DNA of 64,000 nucleotides from Pocillopora damicornis (Eukaryota): NCBI RefSeq assembly GCF_003704095.1, contig NW_020844150.1, positions 62,001 to 126,000 of the forward strand, read 5' to 3'. Shown piece by piece: positions 1 to 12,744 of this stretch (position 1 is its first letter; each line of letters starts with the position of its first letter). The notes under the pieces were generated by a model. It saw only the letters and a program-made list of their open reading frames with translations, ran no database searches and was not told where the DNA came from. The position numbers and the translations under genes were made by a program.

Positions 1-111
1 ATTGTGACATTACTGCTAGTTGTAGTAAAAAAAAAAAAAAATGAAATCAAAATAATTGTTAGTACATCAAGTTTACAATGCTAAAGTATGTTGTCCTTTG
101 CACCTTAACAG

Positions 112-3100
112 GAGCAGAAGACACTGGGGTTCATGATGTGGATGGTGACGAGAAGGAGCGTGATGACATTCTTAGAGAGCAGGTAATTTGTTAAGAGATA
201 TTTGCTAGCTCTCCGGTGGTCAATGCACAGATCTGGTCCAAGGGTCTGGGTTTATGCCATGGCGGGGGCATTGTGTTGTTCACTTGGGAAAGACCCTTTG
301 CCTCTCTCCGCTTTAGAGTTTTCACAAAGTCATGGATTTATCTATTTATTTACCAGTATTAGCAATATTTATGCAGGCTGGCCCAGTTTCTAAAGCTTCA
401 AGCTGATTTGAATGAGGGCCTGCTTAAGATATATTACTTAACCCTTTAACTCTCATGAGTGACTATGACAGAATTTCTCCTTACAATATCAATACAATAT
501 CAACCAGATAAGTGATGAGAATACAGAAAAATATCAAATTTGGAGATAATTAGTTGATCCAATACTAAATTCTCTGAACTAACGCTATAAGAATTGTATT
601 GTTGATGGTAAGGAGAATTACAAATTTGATCTGGGAGTTAAAGGGTTAAAACAACATGTATTTAGAAATATAAGATACAAAAGGAGCCCACAACACAAAT
701 TACAATCTACACATAAGATATACAATTTATGTTACATACAGAGTACATTGCATCAGTTACTTAATGAAGTTTGAGAAGTTTCTTAAAATTGGGTGGTGAA
801 GTTGTTTATTAGTTTACTAATCAGAGTATTCCACGCCTATGCACCTTTGTAGCAAAAAAAAGGAACCTTAAAATTTTGATGTTTTAGCCAGGGTAATCAT
901 ATAAGGTCTCTATGTCTGGTATTGTTGGCATGATAATGGCAGGAGCTAAATTCATTCAAAAGATAGGCAGGTGCAAGACTGTGTAGGCATGTAAACACTT
1001 GTAGGCAAGTTTGATGTATCCTTCTGATTTTCTAAGGAAGGGGAGTTAAAAGTACTGCTGGTATTTTCTACTTTATGCCCTTTGATGATATGAGCTGCTC
1101 ACAGTTGCAATTTGTCCAATACTGGTAAACTGTTTGGGAACTTGAGAGAATGTCAGTGTTAGTTGTGCTGAGGGCTGGAAAACTAATACACAATCTTAGT
1201 GGCTTCTTGATTTTTAAACAGGGATACAAATGTACACACTCTGCTAACACGAGCCATTATGCTTGTAAATACTGTCAACTTTTTCCTTCATTATCTTCTT
1301 ATTGTGAGTCATAAAGAGCACACTCCTGATGACTTCTCTTGTTTCAACACAGCTTAGTTCAAATTGGTATTTATGATTGTCGCGAGGGCCACCCCTTCCT
1401 AAGGAGGTCATGGCCCCTCCTGTGAAATTTTGAAGGTGTTGACTCAGCAAGACTTTAATAGAAGTATATACATATGTATGTTAGGGGTTAAAAGACATTA
1501 ATGTAAAGGCTACAAGCAGGTTTCATGCACATTACAAGCAGGTAGATTGATCTACTTGCTTGCTACAGTGAAGCTGCTATTGACATCCCAGTTGCTTGTT
1601 GCTCGCTAAACAGCCAATGTGCATGTAAATGTACTGCTGTACTACTGATTTTGTATCTCCACAGTGTGATCTGATTTATCCTTTTGTATTCAATGTTTTA
1701 GTTTCTGTGTGAATTGTGGGTTCTAAGAGTTGGCTGGCTGGTCTTGACTTTAATTTATCATAGAAGAGTCTGCAGTTATATATTATTTATTATTATTTTT
1801 TAATCCTTTTCAGGATCGGTTTCTACCAATTGCAAATGTGGCCAGAATAATGAAGAAGTCCATTCCAAAGACAGGAAAGGTATTAATATATATAATTAAA
1901 CTTTCAATGTGATAACGAACACAATTGGGCAGCCTTCAACCCATTACACCCTTACATCAATTTCCATATTCTCTTCACTTTGCTTGTTACATGGTTAATG
2001 GTGTTGACAAGGAGAATTTGTTTTAAAACCCTTTACACTTAAATATCAGTATACATATTCTCCTTATTGTTCTCTATACATTTCATAGGGTGCTGACAAG
2101 GAGAATTTGTCTAACAGTCAATAGTTTCTTTAGTTGGTGATCAGTTGGTTTGTCATCATGACCTGAATGTTTGATTCAGGGGTGATATTGTAAGAAGAAA
2201 TTAGATGCTAATTGTGCACTTTTAGGGGTTAATAATGGTATTAGGACCAAGTGGAGTTCAATTTGGTCTGTAATGTATGAGTGATGAACAAAATTGGATG
2301 ACCGCAAAGTGGGAGGATGATTTGTTAATCACAAGTATGATTACTGGTGGAATTGGATGACACAAAGTCATGTTACTGATTAATCATAACCATTACAATT
2401 TCTGAAGACAACAAATATGTATAGGACAAATATCTCCGTAAGAGAAAATGTCTGAAGTAAAATATTCTTTAATTTTTGAAATTTCACGGCTTTTTTTTCC
2501 TTTTTTTTATTTTTTTGATAAGTGGTTGTTGCATTGGTTATTGTGAACAATTCTGTGATTGGTGGATTTGCTTTAAAGGACTAAGTATGATTGACTGCTT
2601 CAACTGTCTGATTACTCTTCTGATTACGCTCTGCAGAGTGATGAAAGTAAAAAAATAAAGCAGCTAATGCACTGATCACTTTTGAGGAAATTGTATTGGT
2701 TATGATTAATGGGGTTAATAGTCAAAAGCTAGGGAAACTAGGGTATGTTCTTGCAGTGTTGGCCCCAGATAGCCCAGGGTTCTTTTAAATCTTGTACATT
2801 TTGACTTTGTACATTTATTTGTTCATTCCAGATTGCTAAGGATGCCAAAGAATGCGTTCAAGAATGTGTGTCAGAATTTATAAGCTTCATAACCAGCGAG
2901 TATCCTTGCTAGCATGAAAATAGACATATTTTGGCAATCAGGCTTGAAATTGAATCATAAGTTAATTGTATGGTATGATTGTCAAGACTCTAATGATGAG
3001 GCTGATGATAACCTGTACTCAGTTTGTCTAAACTTTGGTCACTTCCAACCACAATCCGTCTGAGGAACTCTCTTACGTGGATAATCAGACTCGGTGTACC

Positions 3101-5025
3101 TTAGTCCTAGGTTAAAACCATTTACTCTATTTTTCCTTTTAAGTAACTACTATGTAGTTAAAGAAGATAGGTGTGGAGCATAATTCCTCAAATGTCAGCG
3201 TGAAATGTTTTACGCCTTAATTCATGTCTCTATTTTGTTCACTGGGGTTCTAGTTTTTCAGTTTTATTTGTTTGCTGGAAGAACTTTTTCCCCTCCACAA
3301 ATACTATAGTACTCTGTGAATGTTGACATATGATAAAAATCAAACTGACCTTAACTGAAGCACAGGGCAAGTGAACGATGCCATCAAGAAAAACGCAAGA
3401 CAATCAATGGAGAAGATATTTTGTTTGCCATGCAAACTTTAGGATTTGATAATTATGTGGAACCTTTGAAGCTCTATTTACAGAAGTACAGAGAAGTAAG
3501 TTGTACTTTTTACGTTTTGTATGTTGTACATGGCAGTTATCTATAATATCAACTGATGACTTGATAATGTAGATTGGCCACAGTAAAGAGTTGGTAAAGC
3601 CTTAGAAACACTTAATTGTGGCCAATTCATATTGTGCTTACTCCTTCACTGATGCTGCACCACAGTTTCTTTAGGAACTTAGTCCCTTTAGTTCTTAATA
3701 CAGTTGAGTACAGATACTGTTACTTGGTTCCCAAGCTCATTAAGCCTATTTGTTGTAGGATTTCTTGCAACGTTATCCTTGATAAACCGAACCCTGGTGT
3801 CTCCAATCTCCTTCCAACTTGAGGCAGTGTTTGTTCTCTGTCAGGTCATTTTCTATGTAATTTTTTCCTTGACATCTCAAACCCAGTAGAGATGTTAATG
3901 GAAGGTCAAAGCAAATGGATTGTAGGTCAGTGTTGTGCATGACTTCACAAGTGACAACTTTGCTGCTGAGCAATTGCTAGCCCAAAAAGAAAGAAAAATA
4001 GGTGATCTCCACTTTTTCATTGGGCAAATTTTCCAGTAGTTATAGCATTGATAGCCACAGCACTAGGTTTTGTACCAAAATGTTTAGCTTTGGGGCAGTG
4101 ATTGTAACTCTGTTCTTTGCTTTGCTAATTCCATGTACACTTCTTGCAGTCGATCAAAGGGGAGAAGTCAGCTATTGGTACCGATGTAAGAGAAGGAGAG
4201 GTGGATGAAGAGGAACATGCTGTGCATCAATTTCAAGTGGCAGGTGAGAAAATGATAAAAATTTAAATTCTCCACTTAATTTAAAATCTTATTCAACAGA
4301 AGGGTGATGAGAATACACACATGTATAAAGAAGAGAATGTTACTTTGATGTAAAACCAAATTCTCCACTAATTTACAAGAAAATGGATAGAAGTTGTTAG
4401 GGAGTATTACAGTTTGGATCAAAGGTGTAAATGGGTCAACATTTGTAACTGAGTAACAATTCTCAAAGACACTGGTGGTAATTAACTGACATGATCATTG
4501 CCTTTTTTTGATGTGGTTTTTTTTAGGTACTCACCTCCATCCTTCAATGATTGGAGCAGACCAAACTCCAACGACAATTTACAGCTCTCCTCAATATCAG
4601 ACAACGGTAAGATGGACAAATTTTATCTCTGAGCATTCATTTTTTCCTGTCAAAAATGCAATGTCGGTTAAGTAAAAAATAATTATCTTCTTGAAATAGA
4701 GAGACAAACAAACAAGCAAAAAACCTTTGGAAAAGCAAGTTGATACAGCATCTGCTACCATGATAGGATTATTATCTTTACAAAAGGAACTTAAGATATG
4801 AATTGGATGCTCAGTGCATTCTGTGAAAAACAGATGAACGTGCACAGCATGTAACACAAGTCTTGATTATATGGTGCCACTCAAGATTGATGCAATGCAA
4901 TGGTCTGTTTTAACAAAGCTAAATCAATTAATCAGCATAATTTGTTTAGGTTGAAGTGATTTATACAATTTAAATATTTGTTTGGTTTTTGTTTTCAGAT
5001 GCAACAGCCTCTGCATTTTCCATGA
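112..5025 (+). CDS. NFYB: Nuclear transcription factor Y subunit beta (CCAAT-binding, histone fold); 5' end lies upstream of the window
   Basis: Exons 112-182, 1814-1879, 2832-2899, 3366-3495, 4150-4243, 4527-4606 and 4999-5025 splice in frame to ...[91 protein letters not shown]...MQQPLHFP*, the canonical NF-YB core. Confidence 0.97.
203..312 (+). mobile_element. Degenerate tRNA-derived SINE fragment
   Basis: gggtctgggttt...ggcattgtgttgttcacttgggaaagaccc...gcctctctcc resembles a tRNA-like head plus body of SINEs I recall from cnidarian genomes. Recognised from memory only. Confidence 0.4.
335..1450 (-). mobile_element. Decayed 3' fragment of a CR1/L2-group LINE in the first NFYB intron of the window (interrupted by a MITE)
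   Basis: The minus strand translates with stops and frameshifts to LDKLQL*AAHII...[21 protein letters not shown]...NTRHRDL...GSFFCYKGA*AWNTL, typical of the post-RT C-terminus of L2/CR1 ORF2. It ends in a (TAAA)n-like tail near 335-352. Confidence 0.6.
438..649. mobile_element. piggyBac-type non-autonomous MITE
   Basis: TTAA (438-441) CCCTTTAACTC ... GAGTTAAAGGG TTAA (646-649): terminal inverted repeats flanked by a TTAA duplication, ~200 bp, non-coding. Confidence 0.8.
1939..2232. mobile_element. Degenerate MITE copies related to the 438-649 element
   Basis: aaccctttacac...attctcct...ttgacaaggagaatttg...ttaggggttaa: shared core and TIR remnants. Confidence 0.55.
2236..2710. repeat. Interspersed repeat inserted into the end of the preceding MITE
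   Basis: Its start (tggtattaggaccaagtggagttcaatttggtctgtaat) resembles the reverse complement of the end of the 20028-20503 repeat. The MITE terminus ggggttaa resumes at 2711. Confidence 0.45.
2900..3365 (+). other. U12-type (minor spliceosome) GT-AG intron in NFYB
   Basis: Donor GTATCCTTG matches the U12 consensus GTATCCTT. Branch site CCTTAAC at 3349-3355 lies 10 nt before the end of the CAG acceptor, and there is no polypyrimidine tract. Confidence 0.9.
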
Positions 5026-6262
5026 TTTGAACACCCCAGACAGCGTTTGACTTGCCCACTACAAATGGATATAACATAAGATAAGATGTACATAGTGCAG
5101 CCTCCAAGACATAGTTGAAAATGTTTGTTATCCCCTCCCATTCTATATCTAAAGAGAGAGTTTTTTTTATACTTGTTTGCTTCATTTAAGACCAGCTTGT
5201 TTGTCAGACTGCAATCCAGCCAGCCTCCAACTGACATTCAAATGGGTTTAACCTTTGTTAGTCTGGTTTGAGGGTGTACAGGGGGAACTTTTGCACAATT
5301 AAGGTCCCATCAGTATGACGTTGACAAATCAGGCTGACTCAGTCTATGAAATCTTATTTTGCCAGTATTCCTGTACCAAGAGGGTAGCAAAGGGGGAATC
5401 CTGATTCCAGGTTCACACTCAGATTTTTCACACCTCATAATCACACCTCATAAATCATCTCATGTACATAAATTGGAAAACTTCAAATCTCTCTCCTTGT
5501 GTGTGAGGTTTCAGAAAAAATCTTGAGGTTTTCACCAAATGAACAAAAAGTTCACAGGTTGCTTACATTTCAGGAGGCAAATGGATCATTAATCCACAAA
5601 TCATGCTGATCTTCTTTTGTAAAATTCATACTTCGCATTAATTTTGGCCTTATCACATTTCGCTTATAAACCCTTTGGCACCCTCTACTAAAATCTCTAA
5701 GTTTTTGCGGGAAGGTTTGGTATCCTTAAGCTTTGTTTTTCAGTCTGTGACCTTGTAAACTAGGCTAAAATTCCCCTGTGGAACACATAACAAAATTTGT
5801 CATCCTAACACAGTCTCTATGGTTACTGGGCTTAATTAAAGAGACCAAAAGAGGTGAATGTTGCAAAGAGATTTAACAAGAGTTTGGCTCTCGCGTGGTA
5901 TGTAAGGGAAAAATATGTAGTCGTCCAAGAATCAGATTCTTGGACGACTACATTCTGTCAACAAGGGTTCTGTCACTTTGGGTGTTTGCTGTTCATTAAC
6001 TGTCGCAGCTATCACACTTTGCAATGAACAAAACAGGGCATGTATGTTCAGGCAGTTTCATGCTGTTATGGTGTGAATTGTAGCATACAACCAAATCATT
6101 GCTGTTTCTATATTTTGAAACACATTCAAATTATTATGGTAAATCTAGCCTCGTGTATGAAGGTGCAAATTCTCCTTACTCGTATTTACACATTGTCAAG
6201 CAAAGATGTGGTGAGAATGGAGATTGCTGTTAACTGAAGGAGGCGTTTGTTATATCATTCCG

Positions 6263-6473
6263 TTACCACTTTTACTCCCAAGATCTTAAAAGTGATTCTC
6301 CTTACTGTCTGCTATAAAATTCGTTTGAAATTAGTTTGGAGAGTTTGGTATTGGATCAAGTAATAGTCCCCTAATTGGCATTTTTTTTCTTTTTCTCATC
6401 AATTTTCTGCTTGTTATTGTATTGATCTTGTAAGGAGAAATTCTGTTTGTCACTCGTGGGAGTTAAACGGTTA
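6263..6473. mobile_element. Degenerate MITE copy in the NFYB 3' region
   Basis: ttaccacttttactcccaag...attctccttac...gtaaggagaaat...gggagttaaacggtta, with degenerate TIRs like those of 438-649. Confidence 0.55.
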
Positions 6474-6595
6474 GGTGACGTGGAATTTGTTTGAGTGGCA
6501 GTTACTACGATGAAGTAATAGTGAGATCCTAGGGGAAAAAAATTGCTCATTGCATCAGTCTCTCAAAGCATTATGTAAATAATTATCATGATATA

Positions 6596-6601
6596 AATAA
6601 A
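6596..6601 (+). terminator. Candidate polyadenylation signal of NFYB
   Basis: AATAAA followed by T/GT-rich sequence, ~1.6 kb after the stop codon. Alternatives exist, e.g. near 6817. Confidence 0.35.
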
Positions 6602-7099
6602 ACCTTAACAAAAAGAAAGAGAAAGATATGTAAGGAGTGTATTTATCTTTCAGTGGTGATTTTATTTCGTGTTGGCTGCTTTGTAAACTTTTAGGTGGCC
6701 CGCGGGAAAAATTTTTTTTAGAAATATACCTCGGATTATTTAGAGTATAAGAATTATTTGGTTGGCTGTAATTTTACTGTAGTTCTGTATAACTTTGTCT
6801 TCGGTAACAATTTCGAAATAAACCTTACAAAGCATACATTTGCGTACAAACTCATTGCTCCCGAGCAGTAATACTGTTAGGTTTTAACGTCCTCGGTTTG
6901 TCCATGGGTTTTCACCGTGGACAAATCGAGGATGATGATAAAGCTTTAATAAATTGGATGATGGATGATCCATGGATAACAATAAAACTATAATATATTG
7001 TTATGGGTTTGCGTCGAAATATCACTGACTCCTTTCACTTAAACATTCCTTTCTTAACTCAGACTTCGCCAATTTCTTCGCCCATACGTGTGCTTGTCT

Positions 7100-7925
7100 T
7101 TCAGTTTATTTTCAGTTGTTTGTGTCGGAGTGCCCTATCGTTCGTCCGTGCGTTTCTTCATTCTTCTGTTTTCTTTCCGCCACCTCGTTCTTCAGTCCGG
7201 GTTTCCACTTTTTAGTTAGTTCATTGGTCTGTCCATCGTCCTTTTATTTATTCGTCTGTTTTTCATTCCATCAATTCGTCTGTTCGTACATCTGCTTCCT
7301 TTTTTTTTAATCATTCGTCTGTTTTTCCTTCAGAGCTCTCGTTCATTCGTCCGTATGTTCGTTCATTGACTTTGTTCGTGCTTACGTCCGTGTGTTCGTT
7401 CATTGACTTTGTTCGTGCGTACGTCTGTGCTGCGTTCACTAACTTTGTGCGAGCATCCGTTCGTTCATTTGTCCGGTCGAGCGTTCGTGCGCTTCTTCGT
7501 TTGTGTGCTCGTTCGTGTATTTGTTTGTTTATTCATTCGTCCGTTCGTGCATTCGTTCCGTTCGATGTTTATTTTCATAAGTTCTGACGTCCGTTTGTGT
7601 GTTGTGTTTTGGTTGAGTTTTTCGTTCATTGTTCGTTCCTTCGTCCTGTTCTGCATTGTGTTTTCGTTAGTTCGTTCTCCGTCCATTTGTCCGCCTGTGC
7701 GTCCGTCCGTTTGTTTGTTTTTCGTCCGTGCGTGCGTTCGTTCTTTTGTGCCTTCACTCGTCCATCCACTCGTCCGTCTGCCCGTCCGTCAGCTCGTTCG
7801 TCTGCTCGCCATCTAACTGTCCGTCCGCTCGTCCATCTGCTCGTCTGTCTGCTCGTCCGTTCGCTCGTCGGTCAGCTCCTCCGTCCGCTCGTCCAATCGT
7901 TTGTGCTCGTTCTTCCGTCCGTTCA
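7100..7925. repeat. Degenerate (TTCG/TCCG/TCGT)n tetranucleotide low-complexity tract
   Basis: Repeating gttcgttcgtccgt / ccgtccgctcgt units. It generates several spurious ORFs. Confidence 0.85.
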
Positions 7926-8238
7926 ATAAGATACTTGTGAAACTGGCCAAGTTGGATAAGTTTGATCCCCCCAAAAGTAAAAGACGTTAAGATCATAAAA
8001 CACAATGACACTCTCCCATCAAATGTAATTCTTTAATTCAAAATACATGTGGCAAGATGCAATTTGCGTTTTGTGGTTTGTTTTGTGATGAGCAAGGTAC
8101 CAAACCGTCGTCTGTGTCTTTTTGCAAGGCAGATAAAAACAAAACTTAAACAGATTAAGGTAAATGCCATATTTAATGGAAGATGAAGGAAACTGGAAAA
8201 CACTGCACAAGTTCTTGAGATGGTTTGGTTGTTATTCC

Positions 8239-11200
8239 TTAGAATCTGTTCCAGTTTGTGATCATATCCTCAGGAGAAAAGTAAGTTATTTCATCTCTCT
8301 TTCGGCTTAGTTCTGAGCTGCACTTTCCCTTATCATCTAGGAATAGAAGATTAAGAAAACCACGCGGGTTACGTAATGTGTGACGTAAAACCAGAACCGT
8401 TACTATCACAACGGCCAATCCAGAAAAAAGGAAAATATCACAAGCCAATGAGACTTCCAATTAAAGCAAAGCAAACTGATTGAAGTGCGGGAAAACAAGT
8501 GAGGCCAAGCAGGATTGGTGAAGTTTCCCCATTTGATTGGTTTAAGTGGTAACAAGAGTCTCTTTATCAATTAGAGTGCAAAGTAGAGCAAAAAAAAAAA
8601 AACGCGGATTACTTTCGTCAGTCAATTGAGAATTGCCATTAGACTAATAGGTACAATTTTTGTATGCTCACCTAATCTCGCGAAAACTGCCACTTCACAT
8701 ATCGCCAAGTATCCTTTGCCTACCATACTGACAGAGACGTATTGACCTGGGATCGGCACCTTGCACTCTGCTGTCCAGACCTCCCCCTCCGCCAGCTGTC
8801 GGACTTGGTCCCCGCACATTGGATTCTGTTTGTGATCTTTCAGGATTCCGACGCGAACTTCAAAATTTGACAATGGACTCGAGAAATTGCCTGAAAAAAA
8901 GGTAATTTATGAACGGAGAGAGGTATTGGCTGTCCAACAAGTACAGGAAGACATATTTGATATTGAGATCTTAAGGTGGAAGTCTTCAAGAACAGGAGAT
9001 TGCAAGCAGCATGTCGCAATTTGCGCTCTGGTATGTAGCATATGCTCGCATTTTGTCACTAAAGATTTTCGGGTAGCTCCTGGTTGAAAGGCTTTCTTGG
9101 ACTTTTTTGCTGGTTTCGTTCTCATGGCAAATCATAGAGAATGTGTTGGTCAATGAAGGCTGTTACAGCGCAAGTTTTTCATTAGACATTGATTTACAAG
9201 CGACTGAGAAGGTTCAAAAGTGAGCTTGCTACTTCGCCTGAAGACAGAGCAAGGTGATAACCAACAAACCCTTAAACGCACATCAAAGCTTCATTTAGCA
9301 AGATGTTTAAATCTCGATCTAATAACGCCTACCAGATGAGCTGACTACATTCACATCTGTAACAATGTGCTCGCTCTGCAGATCCACTTTCCACCATGGG
9401 TCAACTTCAATGGCCGTAATCGAGCAGGAGCCTGCAGAAGGTTCTGTAGCCATGTTACCATCCACAGCCAGTTCTGGGCCCACCCCAGGAATGTTTACTT
9501 TCTTGCCTTTGGACTCACTTTGTAACTCATCAACGGACATCAAACTGGATTGCAGGGCGGGCTTTCCAAGAGCAATGTCTAAATTGGTAAACATTCATCA
9601 GCGTCAAATTTAATGGCAATGAATATAATTTTTCAATCATTTTCCCACTTCCCTTTCTTTTTCCTGTTTCTTTAACATTAATTCTTAAGCCATGATAGTA
9701 AAACAACTCACCAGGAACATGTTTGTCGCAAACCGAGAGGGCCCTAGGATCATCATATATCATCCAGGCCTGCTCATCCTTCACGGTTTTGTCGTCACAC
9801 TTGAGCAACTTGGCTTCTACTACACCTGATCCTGTTTTTCCCGCTAAGAAATGGTCAAAAATAATTGGAACATAAATATGAATTAGATTGTTTTGTTATG
9901 CTATTTCCAAGAAGTCTCATAAGGAGCTCAGACACGCGTAAGCTTCCTACCACAGGCAATAGACCAAAAGCGTTTGGTTCATGCAGTGCAAACTCTCTCT
10001 TGTATTTTTCTCGATTGAAGGAGCGATATCTTGCTTTTACTAGACCATAGAGTTAGTGAAGTTTTAGCGTGCTCCCAGTATATCGATTATTTTACATAAC
10101 TGAATGAGTTATTACCAGATCCCGTCACGCACAATCCAGAATCCTTCACAGGTGTAATCTTAGTGCCGTTGCAAGTGAACTTCTGCTCCTCAGAGGTGAC
10201 GTCACAAGCTTGCTGTAACACAAGAGCTTGACCTTGATCTGAACCCATAGCTGCACACAGACCAGACTTGACATTCTGATGAATGCAAAAGTGAAATCAG
10301 CGAGATGAAAGCAGTGTCAGGAAAGAACTTTAAAACATTTCACGTTGAAATCTCACTTAAGGTTAAGTTTTTGGCGTTTTTTTTCCTCAGTCAAAAAGAA
10401 AAAAAGGAAGTGACCCATAGATGCAGAGCAACCCTCTCCCAAACTTCGGCATAGCTTAAGATCAGTTAGAAGAAAAAATTAAACCACTCTTAGTTCGTAT
10501 CCCATTTGCAGACCTTCCATTGGTTACTTTGTAGCAAGACCTACCATCAATCCTCCTGTGAGTGTAAATACCCACTGGGACACATCCCCATCACAGGAGC
10601 CCAAAGTCACAGGAGAACCAACTTTTGCGCTAGCAGGAGTAGACAAGCAATCCTTCGTGCCATTCATCTGGATTCGGAATTCACCTACATTGGATAAGTT
10701 TTAAGTGTTTTTAAGAAGAGGCCAGAACAACTTAATTATCTCTCTGTCAATCAGAACCACAGACCAGAATTTCTCAACCAGCGAACTTATTTCAATCATT
10801 CGGACGGCCAGTTAAGCGTCTATCAGTTAAATATCTAATAAAACGTCTGTCAGGTAGTCGGTCAGTCAGGAAATCAGTCAGTAAGTCTGTCAGTCAAGAA
10901 ATCAGTCAGTCCGTCAGTCCGTAAGTCATGCAGTGGTTCAGTCAGTCAGTCAGTCTATCAGTCGGCCATTAAATCAGCCGGTCTCCTTGTCTGTCTTTCT
11001 ATTAGCCAGCAATAGATCCTTCGTTTTTGAAATTTCTACGGATGTATTTTTCTTGCACACACACCTGAAAATTCGAAATCAGATTCTTCTGCTGGCTTAT
11101 CATAAACATCCTTGGAAGGTCGAGGACTAAACAGCTTCTTAAAGAACTCCAGAGCTGTGTCTGCCAGTTTATGAACATTCTTTAGGGGATCAGCCAGATT

Positions 11201-12713
11201 AAATTCTAGTTTAAACTGCCCCCTAGAGCCAAAAATGCTAACATCAGCCCCAAGAGACACGGTAGAATCAAGAGGAGTGGATGTTAGGTGAGTCTCGAAT
11301 GATAACGAGTGAACAACAAGCATATTCTTAGCCGCTTTTACGACAGCTTGCTCGGCCCAGTACGCTTTTTGTTCCAGCACGTGAAGACCGTAAACGGCAA
11401 GGTCGAGCGCCTGGCACATTCCTTTGGTAATGTGGCCGACAACATTACAGGAGCCTGGAAAAAAATTGTATGTAGTTATGTCATTAAATAGTCTGCTAGA
11501 CTTTATGGCTCTCAGAGAGGTGAGCAAGCAACGGTTCAAAGAATTAAAACCATAGTCTGCAGTTAGTTTAAATATTGAAGTTTTGTCAAAGACTGATATA
11601 CCTCTCAGCAACCTCCGAGACTGAGCTTTATCCGTTCAGATTTATGGCCCATGCGCCAGCAGAAGCGCGTTGACCATAAATCCGCGCATAAATTTCAGGT
11701 TCCGTTACTTTAAGATATTTATTATATTTTCGGGTTCAAATAGGGAGAGAAGATTTCAATTTAAAGAAATTTTTTAAATTTAGCCGGGGCCGTACGGTGA
11801 AATACAGCCGGCTTAATTGACCAATCAACGTGCACTTGCTAACTGAGAGACGTAGCAAGGATATTTATTTACAAGGTACAAAGATGTATGGTTTCCTTTA
11901 GGGCTCAATATTACCTTCGACGTTTGGGCAAAGCAGCCTCACCAACGATTTTAAGCGAAGCTTCACCATTAATCTTCAAAACTTATCTAAATGGCTTGAC
12001 ATTGATTATAGGTCTGTCTTTCAAATTTTGATGTTTCTCGCATCATTAGCTGACACTGAAGATTATCTCCTTCTTACCTTTACACAAATCTTTTGCCATC
12101 GTACAAGCCTTCTTAGCTAGCTTCTCGCACATCATTTTACCCACAAACCTCTTGCGCCTAGTTGACCGATAATGAGTGGAGTTCCCATAGCGACTGGCAT
12201 GGCAACGCGTCTCTGAATGGGCGTGGTTTGAATACTCGGCTGTGTGGTCACTACTCTGTTTCAACTTAGCTGCGCAGTTCATTCCATCTGTCAGCAGATC
12301 CATGTAGCGTTTTGTTTTCTCTTTTTTGAAAGTAGATTCGAATTTCTCCCCAATGCTTTTGATTTTTCGACCTGAAAGATGATTGATTCAGACGGTAGTC
12401 GAATGTCATAATAATTATGACGATAACGTCAACGATGTTGATTTTATAAACGTTAATAAGGACATTTTCTTTCACTCGAGACATTGGGTGCATTTTTATT
12501 TCCTTAACTCAATTATTTTCCTTCCTACTGGGCAGTTATGATAAATATGTGTGACGCTTTATGTATGGACTGTAGCCATCAGGGCAGTATAGGTAGAGCC
12601 AGCTCAATTCCAGGCCTTTAGAAAGTAAAACGAAGCGCGGTAGTGAAAGGTGCGAAAGTATCGGAGGAAGGACAACACAAAGGAGGCCTGGGCCGGGTTG
12701 CGTCATGCGTCTT

Positions 12714-12744
<31 letters not shown>

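Noticed and set aside
101-111. CCTTAAC before the first NFYB acceptor as a second U12 branch point
   Set aside because: It directly abuts the AG, too close for a branch site, and the donor is outside the window.
203-312. Functional tRNA gene
   Set aside because: No complete cloverleaf. Better explained as a decayed SINE head.
7003-8011. Cluster of overlapping ORFs rich in V/R/S/F
   Set aside because: These are translations of a tetranucleotide microsatellite.
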